Assembly (NCBI GenBank): GCA_051294375.1
Contig: CM119264.1
Location: forward strand, 18,045,729 to 18,109,728
Reading direction: 5' to 3'
Origin: Paraspadella gotoi
Lineage: Eukaryota > Animalia > Chaetognatha
Length of the DNA: 64,000 nucleotides
Translations under genes and position numbers: made by a program
Notes under the pieces: generated by a model
What the model was told of the DNA's origin: nothing
The model's database searches: none
What the model saw: only the letters and a program-made list of their open reading frames with translations
Shown here: piece after piece, positions 25,701-38,600 of the stretch
Numbering within the stretch: the first letter of the stretch is position 1
How the letters are laid out: the number at the start of each line of letters is the position of its first letter

Positions 25701-27906
25701 GCGGAACAATCGTTCGGTGAGTTTGGTAAGGCCGTGTTCGTGAAGGGGGCGGGGGCTGTGGCGGCGGGCCAGTTCGGGAGGTGGAACCGGCAGCTTGGGC
25801 CGTCTCCAAGGAGAGAGGGTTGAGTGGAAGGTTTACGGCCGCGGGGAAAATGGTTAGGGAAGGCGGGTTGGCCAACTTTCGCGAAATTGTTTGAATCGGT
25901 GGGGAACAAAAATCGGGCAAAAGAAGGAATCGCCGAGGGAATCTGAAGGGAAAAAAGGAGGAAAGGGGAAAGGAAAAAAAAAAAAAGGAAAAGGAGAAAA
26001 AATAAAGGAAGTCGAGGTCGATTTCGATCAGCGCAAAGTCGTTTGGCCGCCGCAATGACGTTGGATCGGGGGAGGATGACGGAATCTCGTGGGTTTGTTG
26101 GTGGCACAATGGCACCGTGGCACCGTGGCATCAAGACGGAAATGAGGATTTGTTTCGAAGGTGGGTTTAAGGGTCGGAGCTTTATTGCGGCGGGGTGAGG
26201 TCTTGGTGAGCGGGGGGCGGGGCGGGGGGTGGGGGAGCGGGTCGAATAGATTTGGATTAAGAGACTTGGGGCGAATGGTTGCAGACTTTGGGCGGAAGCG
26301 TGGGGATTGGAGAATGGAGGGAAAGAGAGGAGGAAAAATCGCGTTAATGGCAAAGGCGACGAGAGGAAAGTCCCAGTTGGGGAATTTAAGGAAGAAGAAA
26401 ATTGGGAGGAAAAGGATAAAAAAAAAGGAAAGGAGAGGAAAGGAAAGGAAGGGAATGGAGGAAAGAAGACTGAGAAAAAAAGGAGTAGGATTTTATAAGG
26501 AGAGACAAGACAAAAGAAGAATTTAAAAGGGCAGGAAAGAGGAAGCAAAAGAAATAGAAAAGGGAAGAATTCACCTAAAAAAAAATAAGAAAAATGAAAA
26601 TCTAAACGTCAGATTCGATAATAAACTTCCTTCTTAAAGTGGATTTTTTAATCTTAAAATTTTAAATATAGAGAAATCAATTTATAAAAAAAAAAAAAAA
26701 AAAAAATTGCAAGACGAGAAGAAGGAAAGGCGGATTGAAAGAAAGAGAAAAAGCGAGAGATTCTGGCCTAAAGAGAAGTCATCACGCGGCCAAAACCCGA
26801 ATCGCGAGGGAAAAAGGCATTTGGAATCCTTTCAAACACGTAGCACGTCGTCGAATCACCACCGTTCACGATACACCGCGCCGTGGACCGCAACGCCGAC
26901 GCCGTCGCCCACGACGTTACGGATTCGACGAAAAATCGGGGCCCATTCTTGAATTCGATTCCGAGCTCGTCTTCTGTTTTTCTTTTTTTCCCTCGAGGAA
27001 TCGTCGTCGTTGTCGTCGTCGTTGTCGTCGTCTCTCTCCTCGCCGTCTTCCACTTCGTCGTCGTCGTTCTCGTCGTCGTTCTCGTCGTCGTCGTTCTCGT
27101 CGTCTCCTCCGTCGTCGTCTCCTGTGCCCATGTGGCGAAATCTTGGAGGGGGGAGATAGAGAGAAGGAAAAGGAATCGGAAAAGGAATGAAAACGAAAGT
27201 GAAACAAAAGGTTTTAAAAAGTATAATAATATATTAATGTAAAGGTACATGGATAAGAAGAAACGATGGATTACTCTACATTTTTAGTTTTGTTAAAAAT
27301 TAGATTCTTAAATCAAAAGTCTCAGAAAAAGGTTCGAGGTCATCAAATGAATTTTAAAAGAATGAAAAAATTTCAACGGCATCCGAGTGCAGTGTCGCGA
27401 TTTCTTCTCTTTTTTAAATAAAATCGTCTAGCCTCGCGTAGCCGCCCCGGCGCTAAGTACTGATTATGTAATTTTAAAATTTACAATCGTGCTCAGTCAA
27501 GCTAATATTTTGGTTTTTATTATTTTCTACGATTGCAACCTAGTGATTTGTTGTACATAAGTCGTAAAGTCAACGACCTTTTCTCTTTTATGCTGTTTTG
27601 TTGTTTTTCTTCCTGAAATTGTTTAATAAACGTTATTGCATTTCATACACGAATTTAAAGGTNNNNNNNNNNTGATTCTTGCAATCACAAAGGGCGAGCG
27701 TCTATCGCTTTTTCACAAAACGTCCGCTTGAGTCTCACTTGTGACTCGATGGAAACTTAACGCGGAAAAAACCAGTGACTCCGACGCTTTGGGATTCTGT
27801 GTCACATTTGTGTCAATGTCTCGTCAAAAAACTGCAGAGGAGGCAACCAGCTGGCTTTGGCGCACTCTCTCTCTCTCTCTCTCTCTCTCGCTTTCTCTCT
27901 CTCTCA

Positions 27907-27938
<32 letters not shown>

Positions 27939-28642
27939 ACAACCCACCATCGCCCTTTCCCTGACTCTCCATTCTATCAATAGTAAAAACACGCCAAATC
28001 CGCAATCTCTCTCAGGGTCCGAATCATCCAGTCTTAATGCTCGCCTTGGAATTCGTTCCCGATTGGCTATCTTCCCATTTTTTTTCTCTGATCGACTTCT
28101 GTCATTTTCTCCTTCCCCAATCTTTGAAGCCAATTTGGAAAAAGATTCGTTTTGTTCAAATTTAAAAGCTTTTTATTTTTTTTTAAATAAAAAAATATGT
28201 ATTAATGTATTTTTAAATTAACTAATTCATTAATATATTTATAATGCAATAACGCTAGTATTGATATTTGCCTTTAAATGCGACATTCCTCTCGCTCATT
28301 CAGTTTCATCCTTTTCGATTTTCCATATAATTTTTACATATTTTTCGGCCTCTTTCCATTTCCTCTCCCATTTTTTTCGACTTTGAACTCATGTTTTTCC
28401 ATTTCCAGTTTTCTCGTCAGCCGGGGATCGGGGATCGGGGATCGGGGAGCGACAAGAATCTTTTTCTTTCACTTTAGAGTCTTTCCCAACATAGCACCCT
28501 TTTCTAAATTCTCTCTAGTCTTATTTTCTGCATCTGATTTAAATGTGTTTAATCATTTCTGCAATTAATTCTGAGTAGATTCATTTAATATTTGAGAAAA
28601 AGATGAGAAACAGTCAATTCCTTGTTATGAATTTTTCATATT

Positions 28643-28644
28643 TT

Positions 28645-28742
<98 letters not shown>
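28643..28742. repeat. (TTTC)n microsatellite
   Basis: Directly visible. Confidence 0.97.
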
Positions 28743-28743
<1 letters not shown>

Positions 28744-29893
28744 CTCTTTCCTTCTTTCTTTCAAATCCTAAGTATTTTCAGGGACAGGTTAAATTTCTCG
28801 CGAGAGTCCAAATTTATTTTTTTCCCTTTTCAGTCAAAATATTCGTTCGCTAGATGTACAATTTTTTTTCTCAATTTTTTACGAAACAAACTCGATGCTT
28901 TCTTGTTCCATTAAAACTTTCTATTTACATAAATATCTCGTTAAAACAGACTGTAGTTGGAAGGAAAGAGAAAAAAACGTTTTAGAAAAAAAAAAAGATG
29001 GTTTGAAAGAGGAGACAATGGTTTATAGCAGCTAAAAAGCGATAGGCAAAGGAGGCACCATCCTCAGGGTTGATCCATTAAACTTGGCGAAGTCTCACCG
29101 AATAAAATCGAAAATTGCAACACGAATAAAATGAGAAAAGCTCCTAATGTTTATTAAGCTACGCTATTTGTATTTTTACTATTTTATTTTTTCAAAAGTT
29201 TGTCAGCTCGAGTTTTCGAAAATCATGGATTTAAAAATGTGGCGTGGAAACAAAATGGTTTTAATTTCTAAGTTTTGTACTTCTCGCGCATTGCTGAAAA
29301 TTTCTATAGACTGGCTTTATCTATTTCATAGATATATTTTTCAATAGCTTGGCGTCGATGTGCTTTTCTTCTGCTGGCCACATTTGATTATCAGTAAGCA
29401 CTGCTTACTAAGCAGCCGCGAGAATCGGTTTCTGACGAAGAATCTTCGAAGGTTAAAGCAGAAAAGGAATTGAATTGAGTTGGCTCGATATGGTAACCAA
29501 GCGAATCTAATCGCGCGGTGCCCGGATATGATTAAGCTTCAGAAAAAAAAAAGAATTAATCAAAAACTTGGTCAGATGTTGTGCCTCGAATCCTGGGATA
29601 AAAAACTGCGTCGCGGACCAACGAATAACCAGCATATTCGCTTACTAAGCTCTCTCTCTCTCTCTTCTTTCTCTTTCAATCTCTCTCTATCCTGAATAGG
29701 ACTTTCATCCCCTCGTTTTTTCTCTTATTTTCGCCTTGTCAGCCAGTCATAAGTTTTAATCACAATTAACTGTGTCGGCCATACATCGTTGAACCATATG
29801 ACTATGATCAAAGCAATGTGTCTTCAGAACAAAAAAGTATGTTGGCGAGTTTCCTCTCTCTTTCTATCTTTCTCTCTTCTTCTCTCTCTCTCT

Positions 29894-29992
<99 letters not shown>

Positions 29993-31613
29993 TCTCTCTC
30001 CTTCCTCATCGGGCGGAAACTGCTCTATTTTGCAATTCAACATCTTGCCACCACTATTACTGGCGTTATTGCGCCGGGGGGCTCCTCTGGGCGGGACCAG
30101 GAGGAGGCGGGGTCCTGGTTTGGGTGGGATGGGTGCCTCGGTGGGGGGGCTGGGAGGGGGAGGGGCGGAGCGGCAAAACAATGGCACCAAACAAACGCAT
30201 TTCTGGGATCCGGTCTCGCTTCTCGGTTCTCGGCACGAAAGGGTTTAGTCGAATTCGTCTTTTCTGCCGCATAAAAATAAAACTACTTAATTCGTTTTTA
30301 TAGATAAAACTCGGGGAAGGAGATGTATTATTCAAGTGGTTTTACCGCTCGTGTGGGAAATAGCGATGTACTTTAGTTCCTACGTTTTGAGCGTTATAGC
30401 TTGAGCTAATTCCGTTAAAAAAAAAGTACAACTACACTTCGAAATGTTGTACATGAGTGATGTTTTAAAAGCTTTTTAAACTATATCGAAAAATATTCTG
30501 GCAAAAAACTTTGTATGTGTAATTTATTTAAATTAATATTTAATTTATTTATTATTATTTATTTATTACTGTTTAATTTTAAATTTTATTTTAATTTGTA
30601 CGGATTTCTAGAGGTTTTTTCACGACTTTCAAAGACTATTATGATTTTGTTTTCCTTCGGTGATTTTGCGAGTGAATTAAGTCCCAACTGTCCCCATAAC
30701 GACGGGTTTAAACTTGGACAACTTTTATCACCAAACCCCCTTTTCCAAGAAACAGAATCGAAAAACTAATAATTCCATCGGTGAGCGCCATTTTGTTTCT
30801 CTCCTTCTCCGTCGTTTCCTTTTTAAACGAGCGGAAAAAAACAAGGTGAGGTGACGCTACTAGTTTCTCTCGGTGGAATAAATATAAAAAAAGGGGCGAA
30901 AAAAGGAAAACATTAAGAGCAACAAACACAACAATAGCGACAACTTTGTGGAACATAAGTACCGAATGGGGGGAAGTTTATCTGGACTCGGAAATGCGAT
31001 GATCGAAACGGGAATGTTGGTTGAAAAAAAATAGGGAGAACGAAACTGACATGACACCGGTGAAACCCGTTTGTATGTGTTTACTATTAATCTTATGTGA
31101 TGTATGAAGTAACGAACGTTCCCTCAGTTTCGAATCGTAAAAATCCGATTCGAAATATCGACCTTTGCGTTGTGCCTCCGGGCATTTGATCAAGTCAGAG
31201 AAACTTTGAGGAAGTTAGATATTTTCTGACGTAGATATATCGACGTTTATATATTTAAAGGAAAAGATTTGGCCCTGATACATAGGATATCACAATAGAA
31301 AATACAAATACAATGATTAACTTTAAAATAATCTAAAAAACGTGTTGAGATTAAAAACGACGAGACCCGGATGTGATTGTGATGGTCGGGGTGTGAAAAC
31401 AACCGAGCCGCAGATATAAAAGTGAAGGAAAGAAAGGTTTTTTTTTCGGATGATTTAAAGTGAATTCGAAGTAATAAAAAGTTCGTGAACAAAAAAAATA
31501 AAAAGAACTATTAAAAAAAGAAGAAGAAAAAAAAAATAACGCATTGTGCGTTCCGACGTAAAATGTCTTTTGTCGGTTTTCCATTCCAAGTAAACGAGAA
31601 AAAGAAAGCGGAA

Positions 31614-31682
<69 letters not shown>

Positions 31683-31692
31683 GAGAAGAGAG

Positions 31693-31754
<62 letters not shown>

Positions 31755-32642
31755 AGGAGAAGACATAGGAAGGTAGGTCGAAGGTTTGAGAGGAATGAAC
31801 GGGGAGAGATATCAAGAGAGAAACAGAAAGAGAAAAAAATTTAGTACGAGTTTAAGATGGAAGCAAATTTCGCTTTATTTCGTTTGACAACGTCGAACGT
31901 TAAGCCCGCCTTCGCCATAGAAAATAAAGAGGGACCGGGGGAAGGAGAGAAGTCGGCCTCGTCGATGGGCGTTGCCCTTGTTAACGGCGTCATTCATCGT
32001 CATCAACGAAAAAACCGGAAACGACGCCGATTCTTAGAGACGTTGGCGGTGAAACACATGTTACGAGGGTCATGACAAAAGAGCAACTCAACCAACGAGT
32101 CCGCGCGTGATAAGTCTCAACGACAAGAAACTGACTTTTTCTTTTGCTTCTATCCTTTCCCCCTTTTATTTCTTTTACCTCTCTACTCTTTTCTCATTGT
32201 TCCTCTCTTTTCTTTCTATTCTCTCGTTTCTTTCTCCGCCATTATTTTCCCTCTTTTACTAAATTTTTTTTCATTTTATCGTTTTACCTATTTTCATGGT
32301 TCTTATTCATTCTTTATCATTTTCTTTCCTACTTCCTTTCTTTTTTTAGTGAAGGAAATAACATTGAAACGTTTCTTCTTTATTTCAATTCTTTTTTTAA
32401 TTCTTTGTTTCTCTTTTCACTACTTCAGTTCTTGTACTTTCTTCTTTCCGTTTTTCTCTTTATTTTTCCTTCTCCTTACACGCCATCTTATTTTTTTCTG
32501 ACAAAAAAAAAAAAATTAGAAAAAAATTCTTGGGGCTTTTCTTTCCCAAGGGTCAGGCGTGGAATGGGAGCGGCGCTTCGCGGCGGAAGGGGAACAAAAA
32601 AAAATTGATAGAATCGCGCGACTCTGAATTCCCGGCGCCGAC

Positions 32643-32752
32643 CTCAGTTTTTGCTGGGCGGCAACGGCAGCGGCAGCGGCAGCGGCGGAACCTTTCGCCG
32701 CAGCGCCGACTGCGCCAGCCAAAGCCGAAAGGTTTTGTTGGAGAATAATCAT
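32643..32752 (-). CDS. Candidate first coding exon of an unidentified gene (MIILQQNLSALAGAVGAAAKGSAAAAAAAVAAQQKLR)
   Basis: GC-rich island in AT-rich DNA, ATG in aaaaATG context, mixed-codon poly-Ala, possible weak donor GAG|GTCGGC, and a promoter-like motif cluster about 250 bp upstream. No downstream exon was identified. Confidence 0.4.
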
Positions 32753-33000
32753 TTTTAATTTTTCTGTTAAAACTTGAAGATTATATTTAAACTATGTAGA
32801 TCGTCAAAAAATTTCAGGCTAAATATTTTTTAATTTTCAAACAAAAAACGGGGCCGCAAAAAAGACCGCTTATGAAAAAAAAATTGGGGAAAGAAAACCC
32901 CCCTTTCAAAAAAAGGGGGAAAAAAGAAGAGGACGTCGAAATGACGGACGACGTGAAAGTCGTAAATTTCGGTTTAACGACGACGTAAAACGCGAAAAAG

Positions 33001-33050
33001 AAGATGGCGACATCATAGATCACGTGACGCCGTGGATCTCTCGCGACACC
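33001..33050. promoter_or_regulatory. Promoter-like motif cluster (YY1, USF/TFE E-box, TCTCGCGA motif)
   Basis: AAGATGGCG 33001-33009, TCACGTGAC 33020-33028 and TCTCGCGACA 33039-33048. Confidence 0.45.
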
Positions 33051-34062
33051 ATAGACCGACGTAGCTTCGATCGTTTATCATAGATAGTGCAACACTATAC
33101 ACCATACACCATACACCATACATCGTGTATAACCCTTGAACCAAAGTGAACAGTTGGCGACAGTTGTATAAATAGTGAATAAAATTAGTCGACGTTTCGT
33201 CGTTTCTTTTCTTAGTTTTTTGGTTCATTTTCGAAATAGAAGCGAAAAAAAAAATCGGGGGAAAAAAGAAGGAATTGGAGGCTGAGAAAAAAGGTTTATG
33301 GGAGGAGGAAGCCATTTTCAAAGTCGAAGTCTTCCCGCGTAATTTTCTCAAATTTCCGGTAGATTGATTACGACGACGACAACTACAACGACGACGACGA
33401 CGACGACAACGACGTCGACGACGAAAACGATGATGTAGTGGAAGAAGAGGAAGAATAAAAGAATAATAAAGGAGCGAAAATGAAGAGAATATTTTAGAGA
33501 CAAAACCATGATTTGGATGCATTGAGTCTCAATTTGAGACCTGGAGTTTTGAATGGGCCTGTGTCGGGCTTAATTATCTTAGTGTTGGTGACATGACTGA
33601 TTTAGATGGGCAGCGGGGATTTCGAGGCCTGGCCAGCTTGGGTCCTATTTAGGTCGAAATTAAAAAAAAAAATAAATAAAGGAGGACAGAAAGAAATGAT
33701 CACGGAAGAATTGAAAAAAGTAACGCAAAAAATAGGGGAAAGTTTTGATGAATGAAAATTTTTGAATACAACGAAATTTATGCCAAAACTGTCTCATTTA
33801 GAGTAAAAGAAATAAACAAGTTTGAGCAAATAATGCCGGATCTCCTCACTATTTTTAGCGGTAATTAATTAATTAATTAAAACAATATTTATTTAATTAC
33901 ACATTAATCTGCTGATAAGCAGATCCAACTAAAAATAAAAGCAAAAATCAAAATTCTCCCAATGTTTTATTGTAAACTTGCGACTAATTTTAAAGAAAGT
34001 TTGTACAAAATTTTATATTTACTAAAAGCAAGCTGACAAATAAATGAGAAAAAAACGGTCTC

Positions 34063-34768
34063 TCTTTCCATGGTGTCCATTTTGGTTCGCTTAACCCAAA
34101 ATTTAATTTTAACCTTACTATTTAATCAAATATAATTTTAAACTTAAAAACCTTAATCCCTAACCCCTAACCCTAACTTAATTTCGAACCCTTACCCCAA
34201 ACAACCCAACAACTAACCCTATCCTTAAACCTTAAACGCTCGGCTCTAACCCTCTAACCCTCTAACCCTCTAATTCCTAACCTTAATCATTAATCTAATC
34301 CTTAATCCTAAACCCTAACCTTTAATGTAATCTTTATATAAATAAAAATTTACATAATTTACAAATTTAAAATTAAATGGGGCATTCTGAGAAAAAAAAA
34401 AGCCAAAAAGAAAAGAAAAAACCCAAAAAGTTTGCCATTTTTTTCAGAATGCTTAAAATAATAAATAATCTAAAATTTATAATTAACTTAATTTTTTTAC
34501 TTAAAGATTAGGTTACAAGTTAGAGTTAGGAATTAGGTTAGGGATAAGGTTAGTGGTTAAGGTTAGAGACTTGGTTTTTGATTAAGGTTAGGGTTATGGT
34601 TAGGGACTAGCATTTAGCGTTTAGGGTTAAGGTTCAGGATTAGGTTAGAGTTAACGATTAGTGTTAGGGATTGGTTTATAAGTTAAAAAACATGTTTACG
34701 TTAAATATTAAAGTTAAAATTCATAATTCTGGTAAAATCGGGCAGAAATTTGACACACTGGGAAAAGA
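34063..34768. mobile_element. Foldback/MITE-like element with two long degenerate inverted arms made of TTAGGG-like units
   Basis: The left arm (about 34063-34400) is CCCTAA/CCTAA-rich and the right arm (about 34435-34768) is TTAGGG/TTAGG-rich. Non-repetitive parts also match in inverted orientation: tctttccatggtgtc vs revcomp tcttttcccagtgtgtc, and gcattctga (34382) vs tcagaatgc (34444). Confidence 0.7.
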
Positions 34769-34791
34769 AAAAAAATTTACATGTTCAAATG

Positions 34792-35184
34792 TTAACCTTC
34801 GGCGTCTTTAACCAATCCGTGAAAAGCGGAGGAAGTATCCCGAGCTAATTTCATTGGTTCGTCAAATTCTATAACTTTTCCTCCCTCAAGCACTATAACC
34901 GCATCGTAGTCCATGATCGTTTTAATCCGATGAGCGATGGTAATGATCGTGCATCCCACGAACTCTTCCTTGATCGTCTTCTGAATGAGTTCGTCCGTCT
35001 TCTCGTCCACGGCCGCCGTCGATTCGTCCATCAGGAGGATCTTGGAGTCCCGCAACATCGCGCGAGCCAAGCAAATGAGTTGTCGTTGACCGTGGGATAA
35101 GTTTTCTCCAGATTCCAGACAAGTCATGTCGAGACCTTTGGGAGACGCGGCCACGAAATCTTTTAGCTGGACAGACTTCAAGAC
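34792..35184 (-). CDS. ABCC1: ABCC/MRP1-like transporter, terminal coding exon (second half of NBD2, 130 aa + stop)
   Basis: Phase-0 join IWK|VLKSVQLKDFV. Contains signature GENLSHGQRQLICLARA, Walker B ILLMDESTAAVD and H-loop TIAHRI. TAA at 34792-34794. The acceptor reads ...cttcaacgaaaataag|GTC (an AAG acceptor). Confidence 0.92.
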   Translation of the reverse strand, partial: VLKSVQLKDFVAASPKGLDMTCLESGENLSHGQRQLICLARAMLRDSKILLMDESTAAVDEKTDELIQKTIKEEFVGCTIITIAHRIKTIMDYDAVIVLEGGKVIEFDEPMKLARDTSSAFHGLVKDAEG

Positions 35185-35664
35185 CTTATTTTCGTTGAAG
35201 GGGAAGTGAAAATTTTGAAAAAAATTAATAGACCAGTATATTCACATCGCCTCAACAGAATAATTTTACCAGTGGATCAAGAACCTGTCCTAAAGATGTA
35301 AATATTTTTATATTTAATATTATTTTTTTTTCAAATTGGCATATATTTAATATAATGTTTAATTAAAACTTACATTATAAAATGAATAAATTTTGAACTG
35401 ATTTTTCTGATATTTTTAAAGGAAGATTTAAATTTCTTGTAAATATGTGATGAAAAATATATATTCTTCTTTAACAAAATATTTTAATGACTAGGTCAAA
35501 CAACAAATTATTTAATTCAAATTTTAGCTCATTTAAATAACAAAATTTAAAAAGACTTCAACTTTTGGAGAAATTCATTTTAGCTGGCAAAAAATTAAGA
35601 CTGAGACAAAAAACAAAATTTAATAAGATTCAAATTTCAATACGCATCTCACGCTAAACCTTAC
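35185..35664 (-). other. 480-bp GT-AG intron, the only intron within the ABCC CDS
   Basis: AT-rich segment between donor GTAAGG and acceptor AG. Removing it restores a contiguous NBD2. Confidence 0.88.
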
Positions 35665-38600
35665 CTTCCATATTCGTTCGTCTTCGTGCCGATCAAAAGG
35701 ATCGAGATTCCATCGAAGACTTCCCGAAAAAACGACGGGATCTTGTGGAATGATGGACAAGTTGGATCGAAGATTGTAGAGGTAAACGTCTTTTGTTTTT
35801 CGATCGTCGATCTCGATCCAACCCTCGTCTGCTTCTAAAATTCGAAAGAGCGCCAGAGTCAGACTGGATTTACCGGCGCCGGTTCTGCCAACGACGCCGA
35901 TTCTCATTCCTTCTTCGATGGAAACATTGATTCCCTTAAGAATCAAATTGAGATTCTCTCTGTATCTCGCGCTGTAGTTGATGAATTTGATTTTACCCCC
36001 TGAAAGCCAGTCCAATGTCGCATCTTGTTTCTTCTCACGCTTCCAGACGTCCTCTGTGATCAAGCCGCTGTATTCTTTTATTCTCTCAACAGCGACAAAC
36101 AAGTTTTTGAGGTGAGCAATTTCACGAAAGGAGTTTCCAAAGACGGAGGTGATTTGGATGGCTAAACTGATCATTAGCCCGGCCTCTCCACCGGATGTTG
36201 ATTCGTCCAAAATCGCGTAGAGGGAGCATGCTAAAAGCAAGAAGCAGCCAAGCATTTCCAAGTTAAAGGAGATCCAGCGATTTCCACCCCAAAGCGGAAA
36301 CGACGCTCGCATGTTCTCGTCGATTCTGGACACGCAGTCTCCTTCGAAGCGATCCTCCGCGCGAAAGGCACGAATCGTTTGCGTCCCTTCCAACGCCTCG
36401 TGAAAGACAGAGAATATGGGAGATCGGGTCATGGATTCGAGACGCTGGAGTTGACGGGTGCCTTCAATGTAGACATATTTAATGAGGTAACAGCCGATGA
36501 TGATGAGAGGAACGATGGACAAAAAGAAGGGCTTCACCCAAGCAATGAGAAGCAGAGCAAAAGCCGTGATCACGAGGGTTTCCACAACGAAGAACAGTTT
36601 TTCTGGCAGTTTTGAATCAATCACTTCGACATCGGACGAAAACCTATTCATGATTCGACCAAGGGGAACTGTGTCAAAAAAGGACAAGGGATAAGCGATG
36701 ACGCTGCGCAACAAATTGTCGTGAAGTCGTTGAGCGGCGTTAATTGTGCCAAGCGTGTGGAAGATGATTGCGATACTTAGACATACGGGCGACGCCAATC
36801 TTATGACACTGTAAACCATTAAATTATATTTCCTTCTTTCAAAGTTAGCAATATCTGCTGAAAGGCTTTTCTTACTAACGTTGGTTATATCATCAACCCA
36901 AGCAATGAGCTTTAAGCTGGAGAATGCTTCAAAGAATTGCATCGCGCTGAAGGCAAATACAAATCCTAAAGTGATAAAGCTGCCATAGTTCTTAAAGTAA
37001 GTCATAAAAACCTCTTTGGAAACGACGCCTTGCAATGTATCTTCTGAAACAATCAGCTTTGATTTTTGCAAAGAACAAGTGTCATCTTTCTTATTTAATA
37101 TTAAACTTGTGTTATCATTTGTTCTCTTTTCATTTGAATCATCGCAGAATTTGTTCGAAGCGGGGTTTCTGCTCATTAACTCTTTCACGTTTTCAAATTG
37201 AATTCCCTTACCGTGTTCCAAGTACAACAGACTGTCAATTGAAGACAAGTAAGACAGATTATTAATAACCACTACTCTGCTTTTTCTGCCCAACATTCCT
37301 TGAGACGATAGAGCCTTGACAAATATGTGATTTCCGACATTACCGTCTACTGAGCTGAGTGGGTCATCGAGAAGGTACAACTCAGCGTCTGCATAAATTG
37401 CGCGAGCCAAAGAGATTCTCATTTTTTGTCCGCCGGAAAGGTTTACGCCCCTGTCGCCGATTTCAGTTTCGTCTCCATTGGGAAAAACCTGGAGATCAGG
37501 TAGAAGTGCGCAGGCATCGATCGTTTGGTTGTATCTCTTTTGATTCATGGGTTTTCCAAACAGAATGTTCTCTCTGACGGTGCAGTTTTGAATCCATGGT
37601 CGCTGAGATACGTAGGCAATGTTTTTTGCTATCGTAAGCTTTCCTTCGCGTTTTTCAATTTCTCCAAGCAGAGCTTGTAACAGCATTGATTTCCCTGAAC
37701 CGACCGAACCGATCACAGCTAACATTTCTCCCTTTTTTACGTTGACATTTATGTTTTTGAGCAAAGGAGTTTCATCTGGATGCCAAGAGAAACTAGCTTC
37801 TTCAATGCTCACTGCTTTGCCGTTCACGGCGGTAAGATCTCTGGATTTATCATCAATGTCATCGCTGCCCAAAAATTTGTTTATTCGTTGACTCGAGACG
37901 TACATAAGAACGCTTTTGTAAATTGCATCGGGCAAACGCCATAATATTGCGTGCAATAAGTTGAACAAATCAAGAGAGACAAAAGCTATTTCTGCCGTCA
38001 AAACATTAGAGTAGGACGATAAAGTAAATGTCACAAAGGCGATGACATTAACAAGAATTGGCGCGGTTCTGTAGTTGAAATCCAATAGGGCCTTCCAGTA
38101 AAGTTCCTTCTTTAACACTGCCAGTTCCCGCCATCGAATCTCCATAACTTTGCCCATCAACATCTCTTCCCAAGCGTAAAACTTGACCCCTTTAATACCG
38201 TTTAGGATTTCGTTGACAAACTTGACCCTGTCATCCTTTAATGTCATGTTTTGCTTTCTAAGCTTCATAATTATCTTCCCAATATAATATGACAGCGGAA
38301 GGCAGACGAGGAAGACCGAATATCCGGCAAAGATTGCCGTTCCCAGTTGAATGTAGAGAAGCCACGTGATGGCAAGCAACTCTAGGGGATAGATGAGACC
38401 AGCGATGAACCTTTCCATTCCCAGAAAAAATCTCTGCGAATCCACGCTCATCAAGTTGACGATCTCGCCGGTTGTGAATCTTTGACGCACAGCAGACGAA
38501 ACGCGAAGACTCTTACGGAACACTAGTATCATGAGCGTGTTCTGAATTTTCAAGGCCAAAAAGTTCATGTAGAACCAAAAGTTCCAGTGGAGAAAGCCTC

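Noticed and set aside
25360-26548. Overlapping 251-aa and 357-aa Pro/Phe-rich minus-strand ORFs
   Set aside because: They stay open because the pyrimidine/GC-rich strand lacks stops. Several frames are open at once, they cross poly-T tracts, and no motif is recognisable.
27533-27554. Partial match to miR-7 (CTAGTGATTTGTTGT)
   Set aside because: The seed GGAAGAC is absent and no complementary star arm is evident.
34063-34768. Interstitial telomere fusion scar
   Set aside because: The orientation is C-rich then G-rich (opposite to an end-to-end fusion), the units are highly degenerate, and matching non-telomeric termini plus a third copy indicate a dispersed element.
35620-35664. C-terminal VRFSVRCVLKFESY of the long ORF
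   Set aside because: Intron read-through past the AAG|GTAAGG donor; NBD2 continues at 35184.
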